A DNA stretch of 64,000 nucleotides, taken from Octopus vulgaris (Eukaryota). Position numbers and translations under genes: made by a program. Below, one piece after another: positions 1 through 12,649 of the stretch (the stretch's first letter is position 1; the number at the start of each line of letters is the position of its first letter). The stretch covers positions 82,088,001 through 82,152,000 of the forward strand of contig OX597819.1 of NCBI GenBank assembly GCA_951406725.2. The letters are read 5' to 3'. The notes below the pieces were generated by a model, which was not told the DNA's origin, did not search any database, and worked only from the letters and a program-made list of their open reading frames with translations.

Positions 1-360
1 AAGCCGTGCAATGGCACAAGATTTTGTTGTGAAGAAGCTAATGAGAAATTACATACAAGCTGCAAGAATTTCTGGCTGTGGAAAAGGTGACGATGTTTTC
101 CTTCCTCACTAACCCTTAATACCTTCCAATATGCCCTTCGAATTCAAATGACTTTAGTTTCCAATCCCCCTTCTTTTGCAATGACCATTAATAAACCCAA
201 GGTCAGACTTTGAAAGTTGCTGATTTGCAATTAGAAGAGCACAGTTTTCTCACACGGTCATTTATATGTTGGGACATCCAGAGTGGGGAGCAAGAATAAT
301 CTTTAAATTTTGCCCCTAGTGGTAAAACCCAAAACTTTGTCTATAAGGAAGTTTTTACTA
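1..360 (+). pseudogene. Helitron Rep/helicase C-terminal (PIF1-like helicase) remnant with frameshifts and stops
   Basis: Manual translation across frameshifts gives CNGTR..VKKLMRN..ISGCGKGDDVFLP..PLIPSNMPFEFK..FP..SFAMTINK.QGQTLKVA..FSHGHLYVGTSRVGS..KTQNFVYKEVF, the conserved Helitron PIF1 C-terminal motifs. Confidence 0.9.
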
Positions 361-719
361 TCGAATCAACAAACTAAAATGTTCAGAATGATTAATAACT
401 TTGAATTGATATTCACACTATATTCAATAAATTATAGTACATATGGTTTTAGCTTTCCTCGAACATTTATTTGCTTATCTTGTACGAGACATACGCCAAA
501 GTCTGTGCGATGTTTGCTTCACTTATAGACTGAGATACCATGGATCATAGATCAGATGTTTATATGCACCCATGATAATATTGGCCAGAAGAAAACAGCC
601 ATTACTTATATATGTTCAATACAATCTAAGTGAATATATTTCGATATTCATAATACAATTTTGGCAGCTTTTTTAAACCCAGTCAATGACGAGAGTTTCT
701 ACTTGTACAGATACATACA

Positions 720-722
<3 letters not shown>

Positions 723-775
<53 letters not shown>

Positions 776-942
776 ATATTTATGTACACACACACACATA
801 TATATATAGGATATTTACGTACACACACAGACCCACATATATACATATATATTTATTTATATATATATTTATTTATATATATATATATGTATATATATAT
901 ACACATATATATGTAGATATACATAGTGCACACACACACAGA

Positions 943-992
<50 letters not shown>

Positions 993-1024
993 TGTGTATG
1001 TGTGTGCATGTGTGTATGTGTGTG
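723..1024. repeat. Compound (TA)n/(CA)n microsatellite
   Basis: Direct reading. Confidence 0.95.
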
Positions 1025-1084
1025 AAAAACCCATTGATGTAACCCAAAGTTAAGGGGTCTAGGACCCCTTACATAGCCTGGAGT

Positions 1085-1318
1085 TTAGAGAGGGTGAATG
1101 ACAGTTTCTAGCGTGCTCATCACCGAGCAACCGAGGAACAAAGTCGAATAATTCAATGTATAGTTGTCACATCAACTCCAAACCGTATACCTATTGTCTT
1201 TATAGATAAACGACAATTTTCATTCAGATAATTGCGAATTTTCTCAACCAGCGGTGATATTCTGATGCTACTCTCACTGCTATCTCTCTCATCGTCTCTT
1301 AGCTCATCATAACTGTTC
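1085..1318 (-). mobile_element. Mariner transposase fragment (second HTH region)
   Basis: ELRDDER...[32 protein letters not shown] followed by a VPRLL-like motif. Confidence 0.7.
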
Positions 1319-1320
1319 AT

Positions 1321-1393
<73 letters not shown>

Positions 1394-1509
1394 TATACAT
1401 ACATATATATACATATATATATATACATATATATACATATATATATATGTATATATATATATATGTATGTATGTATGTATGTGTTTGTATGTGTGTGTAT
1501 GTGTGTGCA

Positions 1510-1830
1510 AAATGAGAGTAAGTCAGAAGGTCTATAATAGACACATTAATTCTAAGTTTAGATCAAATGCTTAAAATCTCATGTCAAACAATGGGAGAAA
1601 TCTATGCAAACAAGCGTCGGCTATAGGAAATGTAACAGTCTAGCAAATGAAAGTATTATGCAATAACCGTTGAGCAGGCTGTTTTTAATTACACCGAAGC
1701 TTTTATAAATCAGATATACTGATGTAAATATAAATATAATTATATAGAAAAACATGGAAAAGAACGTCTAACTCTCCAGATAAAAGAGAAGACAATCCAG
1801 GCAAACCTTTACAGCTGATTCAGAAGTGCG
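1510..1830 (-). repeat. Dispersed repeat, diverged inverted copy of 2965-3245 (probable Penelope-like pseudo-LTR remnant)
   Basis: gagagta.gtcagaaggtctata...gcttaaaatct...gaaagta.tatgcaataaccg...tttataaatcagatatac matches the reverse complement of 3000-3240. Confidence 0.65.
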
Positions 1831-2000
1831 GTGATCAATATGTGCTGTAATGTGGTAGTGTGCATTGTGTATACATAAACTTGAATACCTGCAGTAAATT
1901 GGTGTTAGAAAATGTATATGAATTAACACAAATTTATTTTATACATGTCCTTCATCATTTGGTTGATTAAATTTTAGTCGAAGTTACTCAGTGTTCTTTC

Positions 2001-2018
2001 ATATATATATATATATAT

Positions 2019-2112
<94 letters not shown>

Positions 2113-2177
2113 GCACGTGTGTATATATTTACACACACACACATATATATATATGTGCGTATATATATATATATATA

Positions 2178-2223
<46 letters not shown>
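2001..2223. repeat. (TA)n microsatellite
   Basis: Direct reading. Confidence 0.95.
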
Positions 2224-2228
<5 letters not shown>

Positions 2229-2694
2229 CAGTCCTTCTGGTGACGTTGATGATCGCCTGGGGCTAAAAGCATCAGTAACACCCCCACCACCCCGCCCTGT
2301 CCCTAGCCACATTCAGATGGCTGATCCCCCTTATGTTGTCGAGCAGTTACTGTTTATATCTCGTTCAGAGATTTATTATTGTTTTCAGACAGTTTTTCTA
2401 CATCAGTGACAGTAGTTACCGTGAAAAACCTTATATATGTTGCTTGTAGAGGGAATCCTTCATCGAAGAGCGGTACTTACCATACGTTGATAAGAGGCGA
2501 TGACCTCGAAACCGGTCCGTATGTAGTATCCGTATCTTCGAGGGAGGATGACCTCCCTTTACAGGCAAACAAGGACACTGATATGGTGTCAGTCCTTCTG
2601 GTGACGTTGATGATCGCCTGGGGCTAAGCATCAGTAACACCCCCACCACCCCGCCCTGTCCCTAGCCACATTCAGATGGCTGATCCCCCTTACG

Positions 2695-2696
<2 letters not shown>
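2229..2696 (+). mobile_element. Retrozyme-like / Penelope-pLTR-like non-coding element: 361-bp unit plus ~107-bp terminal direct repeat, inserted in (TA)n
   Basis: 2229-2337 is nearly identical to 2590-2696; internal hammerhead motif; (TA)n on both sides. Confidence 0.7.
2481..2523 (+). ncRNA. Type I hammerhead ribozyme with U3-A8 core variant
   Basis: CATACG-TTGATAA-GAGG(cgatga)CCTC-GAAAC-CG-GTC-CGTATG: 6-bp stem I with long extension, 4-bp stem II, palindromic stem III (ACCGGT), GUC cleavage triplet. Confidence 0.8.
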
Positions 2697-2745
<49 letters not shown>

Positions 2746-2964
2746 GTCGCGTCCAGAGATTAGGAATAAAGGAAATTTAGCTTAGTTAAAATATGTTAAT
2801 TTCCACTGGCAAATTGTCTGCAGTAACCGTTGAGAAAAACTTCTCTTTTATGGTAAAAGGTGTTAAAACACCATATCTGCCGGGTGCTTAGCTCACCTCT
2901 AGCAAATTTACAGACGCACATTTTTTATTCTCTAACCTTCTCCAAAAGGAAATACCAAAGAGCG

Positions 2965-3245
2965 GTAACTCTGAGGAGATTCAAAGCTGTGACTTAAATT
3001 TTTCCTTTGGACTTTCTTTTTCCTGTTTTCCTATGTACTTAAATTTATACTTAGGTCTGTATATCTGATTTATAAAAACGTTGGTGTAATTAACAATTGC
3101 CTACCCATCGGTTATTGCATTATACTTTCATTTCGTCTCCCAATGTTTGTTATTAGATTTTAAGCTTTTGATCTGGTCTTAGACTTAATCTATCTGTGTC
3201 TACTGCCTACTATAGACCTTCTGACGTACTCTCACCCATTTTATA
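2965..3245 (+). repeat. Dispersed repeat, partner of the inverted copy at 1510-1830
   Basis: Reverse-complement similarity over ~240 bp; CTGAGGA..AGCTGT remnant at ~2972-2990. Confidence 0.65.
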
Positions 3246-3284
3246 CACAGACACACGCGCGCCTGAACTCACATACTCATGCAT

Positions 3285-3348
<64 letters not shown>

Positions 3349-3395
3349 TCACACACACATACGCTTTCACATATGTATAATATACATGTGGTGCA

Positions 3396-3697
3396 TTTCA
3401 AAAGTTTTGTGGCTTTTTAAGGAGAGGCAGTTTTAAATAAACGAGATTATTGTAATCTGAGCACATCATTTCTCTACACCTAATAAGATGACATACGAAG
3501 TTTTGCAATACGAGATTGAAGGAGACGATTGTAACAGCACTTTGAAAATGCCCTGCTAAAAACTGCTCGTCACACCAAACTAATTTGTTGAATGTAGCCG
3601 AGACGTCTGGAAGAACGCTATGCAATAAGGTTTGTGTTTAACTGGGAAAAAGCGCTACAGAAACTTATGAAATGGTCCACAATATCTATGGATTAAA
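3396..3697 (+). mobile_element. Mariner 5' fragment
   Basis: LEERYAIRF.V.LGKSATETYEMVHNIYG (with frameshift), the typical mariner N-terminal HTH. Confidence 0.7.
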
Positions 3698-3894
3698 GTT
3701 CTTTTATTCCTAATCACTACTCGGCGCTGATGGTGCTATTTTTATTCTGGCCAGGCGGTCCACTAGTGCAACACAGCCACTGATGTTGACTGGTTTTCTT
3801 TAGTTAAAGCTATGGCTTTGAATCTCTCGAAGGTTATCTTTCTTCGGTATTGTCTTTGGACGTGAGAATGTTATAAACATATTCTAACTTTAAG

Positions 3895-3981
<87 letters not shown>

Positions 3982-6900
3982 GTACATATATATCTAGCTC
4001 TCAGCTACTGACTCTATACATATATATTTAAACATATATGCATATATACACACATATACACACATATTCATATTCATATATATATACGGGTATATATGTA
4101 TGTGTGTATGCGGGCGCCTGTCTGCTGTGGGGATTTTTGGTTCTTGTGACATTTTGTAACTAGTGTGTTTTTTTCTCTTTGTTTTCCAATAAAAGTAGAG
4201 TGGTTACAAAAAGAATAGGCAAGAAAAATATGGAAAACAATAAAGAAGACAAGAGACAGATTTAGAGGCAAAAGTAAATGAGATTCGCAAATTAAGCAAA
4301 TAAATGAAGACTTTATCATTATTTAAAGCCTTGCTTGTACTCATGAGATTCCATATTTAGAATGTAATTGTATGACTTTCTAAATGTTATCATTGGGGCA
4401 ATTGCGTCGTCGAAGACTAAGTCTCAGTATTGCTCTACATTCTACATGTGTTTATTCACCTCCATATCTTCATTTTACTTTTGTTAGAATTCGTGGTGGT
4501 GGTGGTGGTAGAAAAGAATATTCAATGACTATATTGCAAGTTAGACGTGTCAGCCATCTCTTCTAACGATATAATTTCTTTAGATATTATTTTCATTTTG
4601 TACACGTGTAGATATCAAGTTCTACAAAGACGGTCATTCGTTTAGTGTGCTCGGTATTTTCTGCTTTTCTCTTTTCATTTGGCTATTGAACTGATTTCCT
4701 TTATAATGATCAGAATTTTATCGAAAAGCATTAATTATATCGAGTTATAGCCATGCTTAGAAACTTTTCAATTTTCTTTCTAACATATATTCGGTAACAA
4801 GTAGTATTCTTCTTGGACATAAATATTGATATCCAATTTTTGTAAGGAATAGGAAATACATATTATTCATTTCCCCTTATAATATGAATGGCTGTTGTAT
4901 CGATGCTTGATAAGAACAAAGCACATTGAAATCTAGTAAAATTTTTGTTCTAAAATGTAAAGTACTTACTGATTTAGATAATAAAAAATATGTCCAACTC
5001 TACATTATGTTATTTTTTATCACCCTGTGACATAGAAATATTAATTTCCTAATTTTACGCGGAGTATCAATGGTGTGGTCCACTAAATTAATTACTATAT
5101 CTCGTTTCGTTATACTGCTTTCTAAATACCGATACCACCACTGTAGATTTTGCATTTCATTCCTAGCTGTTCAATATAAGCCAGTTTCATTGTATATGAC
5201 CAGACCATGTATTTTGTGAATTATAGTAAATACTTAGAGTTCTCAATGCTTGGATTTCCCTATTTTTTCACTTATTTTTAGAATCATTAGATTCTAAGTG
5301 AAAGAATTACAGAAGTAGTTCTCAACGTTTGTTTTTATATAAGCTCGCCCTAAAACTCCTTACAAGAGATCTCCAGCGCCCATTATAAAGTTTTATTTCT
5401 CACACAGATCCAATTAGATAACTTTGTGCTTTAGTAAACACTTTCATTTACAGATTCAGTATTATGTTGTTTTGGTGAATTTCAGCAAAATTTATGCGAC
5501 CATTTAAATGATTATTAAACAATTCTCAATGTATAAGAAACAATTTAATAGGGATCCTAGGTTATGAATAGAGCGTTGTAGTATTTATATTTCAAAATTT
5601 GTCTAATTTTTTTTCCGATCAAAGCACACTAGTAGAAGCGCTATATATTTTATCTTTTATCACAGCACAGGAATGTATTTCATTTTGTGTACTTTGTTGG
5701 ACAAAGTTTGACCAGCGCCGAAAATTACTCCTGTATTATTAGTATAGAAAAACATAAGATCTGAGGTATTGCAGCAATGTAGATATTGTTTTAAAAAATA
5801 ACGTTATCAACAATTTTCCCATGAATCAGTAAAACTTACATTTACTTGGTCTATTTTGTTGCTTCTTTATTTCATAAAATTCATGCATTCAAAAAGTCCT
5901 TATTTTTTTTCTTCCATCTAAGAACATCAATTATTTGGAAATATGTAAGTTCCGATAATATTAATAATATGTGATTCAGAAAGGTCAACACATATTCGCC
6001 CAGTCCGAATCACTAATATCAGGTGATTGCTTAGTGTGTGCTTTTGTCAAGGAGCCTAATGCAATTTCACAAGCTCAACAAATATGTTAAGGTGATTTTT
6101 CCACTTATGTGCACTGCGTCAAAAACGTTCACTTCATTCTTATCTTTGAAGTATGTTTCATATGTAAAGCTAACGTACAAAGCCAATGTTTAATTTAATC
6201 GCTTTTCTGCTTCAGTCGTTTCAACAAGCGGACTACATTAAGAAGCAAGCAGTCAGCTTACGTCAAGCTATATCTGTGATATCATGTATTTTCATTTATA
6301 TCCATATACAACAGCACAGTTCCCATGTTACTTCGGCCGCTGAGTCTAGTGAAGAACAAATCAAGAATTGTTGCTATCGTTGCTTATCTTTGTTTGTCAT
6401 AATGAAGAAACCTATTATGCAATCACGACACCTCTTTTTTCTATATCTAAGACCACATTCCAACGCGCCCTACCAATTTAAGACTGTAGGATGTAAGTTG
6501 GGCGCGATTTGGAGGTCATTGCTAGTAGTCCGAAATGCATAGACCATCTAGCAGTTTAAAGAGATGGTGTACTCTGTCAACGAGAGCTCTAGAGAGCTGA
6601 CATTTACATATCATTTAAACGAGTGAATTAGGGAAACAATGTGACAATATATAAACAAATATATTTGCAAGTACATTTATACAATACTATACCAAATGCC
6701 TTTTTTTATATGGAATAAATATTGGGGTGTTCTTCAACATTGTTAGATATGTATGTTTTGTTTTGAAATAAATATTAAGCGCTAGAAAATGAGAGAACGA
6801 ATAATTTTTTTCTTTTGCTATAAGCATTATAGGAAAATCAAAGAAAGAAATCTTTTGCAGATATTTTGTACACTGAAATATTGCATGTTGGATTAGAATG

Positions 6901-7679
6901 TTGTATAATAAAGAAATGTTTTTAACAGTTTTTTTTGTTTGTTTTTTTACAGAATGAAGTACTAACATAAAAGACAAACAACGATGACATCAAAAAGTCA
7001 CATAAGAGTATTTAAAGTATATGGCTGCTGTATACCGTAAATGATAATTAAGAAATTAAAATATTCAGTTAAGGTATGAAATGAGAATTTCTATTTACAC
7101 ATAAAATGCTAATATGTATAAAACACGTGAGTGTGTCAGATTTTGTTATTAAAATGTTAGCTGATGAATGATTGATTTACTTTTTGATTAATATGACTGT
7201 CACTCTGTGTACGACAAATAATCTAGTAAATGGGAAATAAACATGTAACAACCAGAAAATATCAGTTCCAATATATTATCTAAAATTGAGCAAGACTGTT
7301 AACGTGTCTTATACTTCTCTGAGAGACAAGAAATGCACCTTCTGGAACCATTAATGTAAGAAAGCGCATGCTCAATTTTGCAATTACTAATATTATCGCT
7401 TAAACCCAGACGCATTAGATAATGAAGTTGTGTGATTTGTTTCTAAGTATCTAAATAGGTATGCAAATACATTCTTCAATGTATTTTCCATAAAAAAAAA
7501 CTACCCAGATTTTTGTTTCACCGTTATGTATATGGGAGACGCTTTAGCTGCACAAACCTGCTTTATGAATAATACACACGATTGAAAGGCAGTAGGTTTG
7601 TTGTCATTAAATGTGAAAGAACGCAGCGTGTTCGTACTGGGAGGTTTTCTGATTCTCTGTTATCTGTGTTGTACGCGGG

Positions 7680-8771
7680 AAACTGTTCAATCTCTCGCGC
7701 CTGCGTGCCAAGACCAAAATCAGAAACGTCCTGATCAAGGAGATGTTATTTGCTGATGATGCCGCTCTGGTAACACACACAGAAGAAGCCCTCCAAAGGC
7801 TCATTAACTGTTTTGAGCAAGCATGTAACGACTTTGGCTTAGCTATCAGCCTTAAGAAGACCAACATCATGGGCCAGGCTACATCGGACATCCCAAACAT
7901 ACATATTGGAGACCACAGATTACAAGAGGTGGAGAAGTTTACCTATCTGGGCTCTACCGTCACCTACAACCTATCCCTTGACGCTGAGCTCAATATACGC
8001 ATTGGCAAGGCAGCTGCTGCGATGGCCCAACTCTCCAAACGGGCTTGGGACAACAATAAGCTGACCAAGACCACAAAAATGAAGATCTACCAGGCATGTG
8101 TACTCAGCACTCTACTGTATGGAAGCGAGACCTGGACGCTATACACACGCCAAGAGCGTCGCCTAAACATCTTTCACCTGCGCTGCCTCCGAAAAATCCT
8201 CCACATCAAATGGCAGAATCATATCCCCAACAAAGATGTCCTCAGGCAAGCAGGAATACCAAGCATGTTTGTACTCCTCACACAAAGACGTATGAGATGG
8301 CTTGGGCATGTTAGCCGTATGAAAGATGGCAGAATCCCCAAGGACATACTCTACGGAGAGCTTGCTCAGGGCACTAGGTCTGTGGGTAGACCGATCTAAC
8401 GTTACAAGGATGTTTGCAAAAGGGATATGAAGGCCTGCAACATCAACATTAGCGGTTGGGAGGCAGTCGCCGGCAACCGTGGAGAATGGCGACGTACAGT
8501 AAAAGAGGGTATACAGAGGAGTGACAGAAAGAGAGAGGAGAAATGGAAAGAAAGGAAGAGACATAAACAAGAGACCATGGCACTACAACCAGCCAGGAAC
8601 AGTCTTCGCTACATTTGCAGTACCTGCCAGAGGGAGTGTTTGTCCAGGATAGGACTACACAGCCACAGCAAGAAATGTAACAGGAAATAAAATATAACAG
8701 CCGGACTAGACCTAGAAAAAAAAAAAAAAAATGCGCAACTCCATTGTCTCCCGAGACAGAAAGGATGCCAA
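7680..8771 (+). mobile_element. 5'-truncated RTE/BovB-like LINE (RT C-terminal half, C-terminal C2H2-like finger, 3' UTR) with 7-bp TSD ACGCGGG
   Basis: GKLFNLSRLRAKTK..LFADD, FTYLGS, LLYGSETW, RWLGHV, GRIPKDILYGEL, CSTCQRECLSRIGLHSH; one stop at 8397-8399; ACGCGGG at 7673-7679 and 8772-8778. Confidence 0.95.
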
Positions 8772-8959
8772 ACGCGGGGATGCTCATTCATGAAGTTTAG
8801 GAAAACCATGCAACATTGAAATAAACGTTCACTCTCTCTAAGGAGGAATATACCACACATTTAGTTGTTTATGTTTTTAAATATTACTGTTGTGCAATGT
8901 ATTATCCTATATTTGAATGCATACTTGTAATTACGAGCATCAAGGTTAATAATATCTCA

Positions 8960-9250
8960 CCAGAAAATGAGTTGTATATGAACTCATTAATGTTATTAAC
9001 TTAATATTTAATGATAATTGAGAAACGATAGAAACTATACAACACAATTTATCATCAACTTTATGATAAGGGTAGTATTTACCAGTAGGTTTATCTAAGA
9101 TATTAAATATGCTTATGCTACTGTCTACTCTGATTTTCATTTCTAACTCTTTCAGTATATTGTGTAAATCTTTTATAGCTTTAGCCATTGTGTGGGCATT
9201 CACACCTCGCAAAATCAGTAGTGCATTATCACGTTATAGAAAGAACTCAA
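8960..9250 (-). pseudogene. Penelope-like element reverse transcriptase fragment (degenerate)
   Basis: L*RDNALLILRGVNAHTMAKAIKDLHNILKELEMKI..ILD..TGKYYPYHKVDDKL resembles the PLE RT pattern YRDDGL..KDLHKIFK..LKI..FLD..GKYYPYRKP. Confidence 0.7.
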
Positions 9251-9471
9251 TGTTTTTTTTTTCACTGTGAAGAAAAGCTTTTATCACATTTAAGTACGAT
9301 TATTCAGCAGCACATTTTGATTTCTGAAAATGCTTCAGGCATACGCTAGTGAATACATGAAAACCATTCAAGATTTCTGTGCATCAGCTGATGAATGGAT
9401 GAAATACCACTTGTTCAGTACAGGCTGTACTGTAATCAGCACATAGTCTTCATGGAAACATGTGACACAGT

Positions 9472-9869
9472 CTAGCAGTATCGCCCGGCGTTGCTCGGGT
9501 TTGTAAGGGAAATAACTATATAAGCATTTTTAGAGAGTTATAGCCAAAAAATAGGAAAAAAATGCATTAAAAATGGAAAAAAAAATTAAGGTAAATTTAT
9601 TTTTAAATCGTTGACACATCGTAGATATTTTTAGAGAGTTACTTCCCTTATATAATAGCGAAAAAATGCATTAAAATTGGAAAAATATGATGGTAAATTT
9701 TTTAAAATCGTAGACTCATCGTAGACGCGCGCTAATACCCAGAAGGGCTCGATATGAATCACGACTATAAGATATCCGGTTTTGGTTACACTGCACCGCA
9801 AAATGTGGGAGTAGTTAGGAATCTAAATCGTAGGAGACAGACACAGAACTTGACTTTTATATATAAAGA
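9472..9869 (-). mobile_element. Non-autonomous Helitron
   Basis: Minus strand begins TCTTTATATATAAAAG and ends with hairpin CCCGAGCAACGCCGGG then ATACTGCTAG; near-identical to 42191-42589. Confidence 0.85.
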
Positions 9870-9981
9870 TATAAGTCACGTAGTTATATACACATACTTT
9901 GTTATATACACATTCTTAAAAGAAAATGTTATTTTGAATACAACATTTATAAAGAATAAAATATTTTTTGGTTTTTCTTAA

Positions 9982-10760
9982 CCCTTTCGTTACGATATTT
10001 CTAACCAAAATACACCCCTTATGTGTTTCAATTAATTTCTAACGTAATCATAAATTTAGTCTGATTTCATTAAACAACTATAACTTTTTTATTTATCAAT
10101 ATATTAACGTGAATTTTGGAAGATAATTTAATGAAATGTTCTCAACCAATTCTATACAATAATTTTTGTCACAAAGTGACTCTAATTGCAGGTAGATACA
10201 GGTAAATTCAACAAAATATAAAATTATTAAAATTTTGTTCAAACATCGCTATAGAAAATGGGTTATTAGCTAATATTCAATTGGGTATACAAGAAAATTT
10301 TACGATAGAATTTGTTATTCTGGGTAACTTTCTGACACCCATAATAATATTTATGGCAAAATAGTCTTAATTTCATTTAAGGTTGTGGGAAATAACAAAC
10401 TATCCTTTCTTTCGTTTTGTTTACGTTTAGCGTAATGGTTCGTTTCTGCCGTAATGATTTCAAATAGGCTCATTCGAAAAAGTAAATAGAAATAGTTTAA
10501 GGCTTTACTCTTCTGGGAAAGTCTGTGGCTTGGTGCAGTTTCTTCAGAAAAATCACCGAAAGAAACAGTTTTTAAATTTTCACTCCATTCAGGTACCAAT
10601 TCGTTTTCTTTATCGCTGTCGGATTCACTGTTTTCACTTTAATAGTTGCAAACTTGCAAAGACAAAGGAGGAGAAGGGTGATAGCGTCAGTGAAACAGTT
10701 CGCTCCGTTTGTGTGTGTGTGCGTTTGCGTGTGGTGTAAGCCACACTAAGAAAAACATTT
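9982..10760 (-). mobile_element. Internally deleted piggyBac transposon
   Basis: TTAA|CCCTTT terminus at 9978-9987; minus-strand acidic N-terminus then YFYLLF..FEIITAETNHYA..PTTLNEIK..INIIMGVRKLPRI (PGBD-type transposase, frameshifted) at ~10310-10640. Confidence 0.8.
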
Positions 10761-10774
10761 GACATATACACCAC

Positions 10775-10956
10775 AATGTGAGTTTTCTCTAAATTTTGCT
10801 TAATTGGGGTTGAAATTTTAAAAACTGGACCTGGCATGACCCGATGCATTCTACTCTTAAAAATGCTAGGTAAATTGTAATTGAAGAAATCCTATATTGT
10901 AGATTTCTATAAGATACAAAGGGAGGCAGATAAAATCTGCCTTTTATAATAAGAGA
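10775..10956 (-). mobile_element. Helitron-like 5' end fragment
   Basis: Minus strand starts A|TCTCTTATTATAAAAGGCAG; body similar to the tandem unit at 63645-63765. Confidence 0.55.
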
Positions 10957-11009
10957 TATGTATGTATACATAAACATATATGTATATATATGTATATGTA
11001 TATATATAA

Positions 11010-11530
11010 AAAATACAAAATGGGACAAGAACGCAAAACATCTAGACAGTTAGGTGATACAAAAAAGGGGACAACAAAACATCTAGATAGACTACATAAA
11101 GAAAACAAGGACGCGTCATTCGGAGTTTTCTTTCCTCAGTCGAGTTCCAGATTTTCTTTGCAATTTCGGCTGGTTATACTCGAGATTGCTCCATTCTGGC
11201 CAGTTCCAAGAAAAAAACTAAGCTAAGAGCATTAAATTCCTTGGAAGAAAGCAGCGAATGTATACGAAAATAAGGGCGGAAAAAACGGAGAATGTTGCAC
11301 AAATACAAAAAGCAGGACATAACAACAGGTGTCTTTCGACTAAGGACAAATTAAGCTAGCGGGTGTGGAAATAAAGCCTTACGGCAGAGATACATGATTT
11401 CACAGGCACAGGGAGGAATATGCATGTTACACGGACGACGGACTAACCAAGAAAGAAAAATCAGACTTGGCCGAACACCGGTCACATGGGGAGAGAAGAG
11501 AGAGAGTGGCAGAGGCAGAGGGACACACGT
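11010..11530 (-). repeat. Dispersed repeat between microsatellites (possible Penelope-derived)
   Basis: Non-microsatellite block bounded by (TA)/(CA) tracts; scattered CTGAGGA/GAAA motifs on the minus strand. Confidence 0.35.
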
Positions 11531-11912
11531 ACGCATACATATACATGCATGTATATATGTGTGTGTGTGTGTATGTGTGTATATGTATGTGTATGTGTGT
11601 GTATGTGTGTGCGTGCGTGCGTGTGTGTGCGTGTGTGTGTATGCATATATATGTATTACATTTCATATACTCATAAGTGGTTAGCATTTAGGTGTTGAAA
11701 TGTAAACAACGAGTGATGTATTATGTTCATTTGTGAGTGAAAGAATAACTGCTTTCCTTAACTCTAGAGCTTAACCAGGAGTGATGTTATGGACCCATCA
11801 GAACGACCGGCAAAATTGGTTACTGATGTATTGGAACAAATGATGTATAAAACTGTACTTAAAATATTAAAAATACATATTTACAATCACACACATACAA
11901 ATTGTATTTGCT

Positions 11913-11949
<37 letters not shown>

Positions 11950-12526
11950 ATTTATTAAAGATAAATATATCACTTTGCTGAAACCGCAATCTCATTCGGT
12001 TGAAATTGGCTTTGAAATCTCTTGAAACGAAACCGCAGTTCTGGTTATGAAGTACCAGTTTATCGCACAGAAATTAATATATGCAAATCTGAAATACTAT
12101 ACACTTTCAACATAAATTTGTATCGAGTACATCCCTTTGTACAACAACATAAACTCAAACTCAACATATATTCTGTTACTAATTTCCCTCTTGCGGCCAT
12201 GCTTGGGGTCCATCTGAAAAGCTTTCAGTGGACTGTATTACTTATTTCAGTCTTTTCTTATCTTATAAACACTATTTGTCGATACGATAAATTATTACAT
12301 ATATACATAAATAATATTGGCTCTTAGGTTATGTAAATGTAGACACAAACATACGAACAAACACACGAATATATGTTTATTTATTACATAATGAATTAAT
12401 TAAATTAGTAAGTCATTTGAATATTTCGTCATCGAATATATGCAAATCGAATTAATCGGTTGAACAAACTAATTTTAGTGATATACATACATATATGCAT
12501 ACATACATACTTACATACATACATAC

Positions 12527-12573
<47 letters not shown>

Positions 12574-12649
12574 TTCGTGGACATATCAAATAGTATTTTC
12601 GTATTTTTTTTGAGAATCAAAAGAAATTACAAACTGGTCAGAACGAAGC

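Noticed and set aside
6186-6542. 118-aa ORF in unique sequence
   Set aside because: No recognisable motif or convincing exon boundaries
11105-11170. Minus-strand CTGAGGA with nearby GAAA/GAAT motifs
   Set aside because: Stems I and II and the NUH site cannot be assembled into a valid hammerhead
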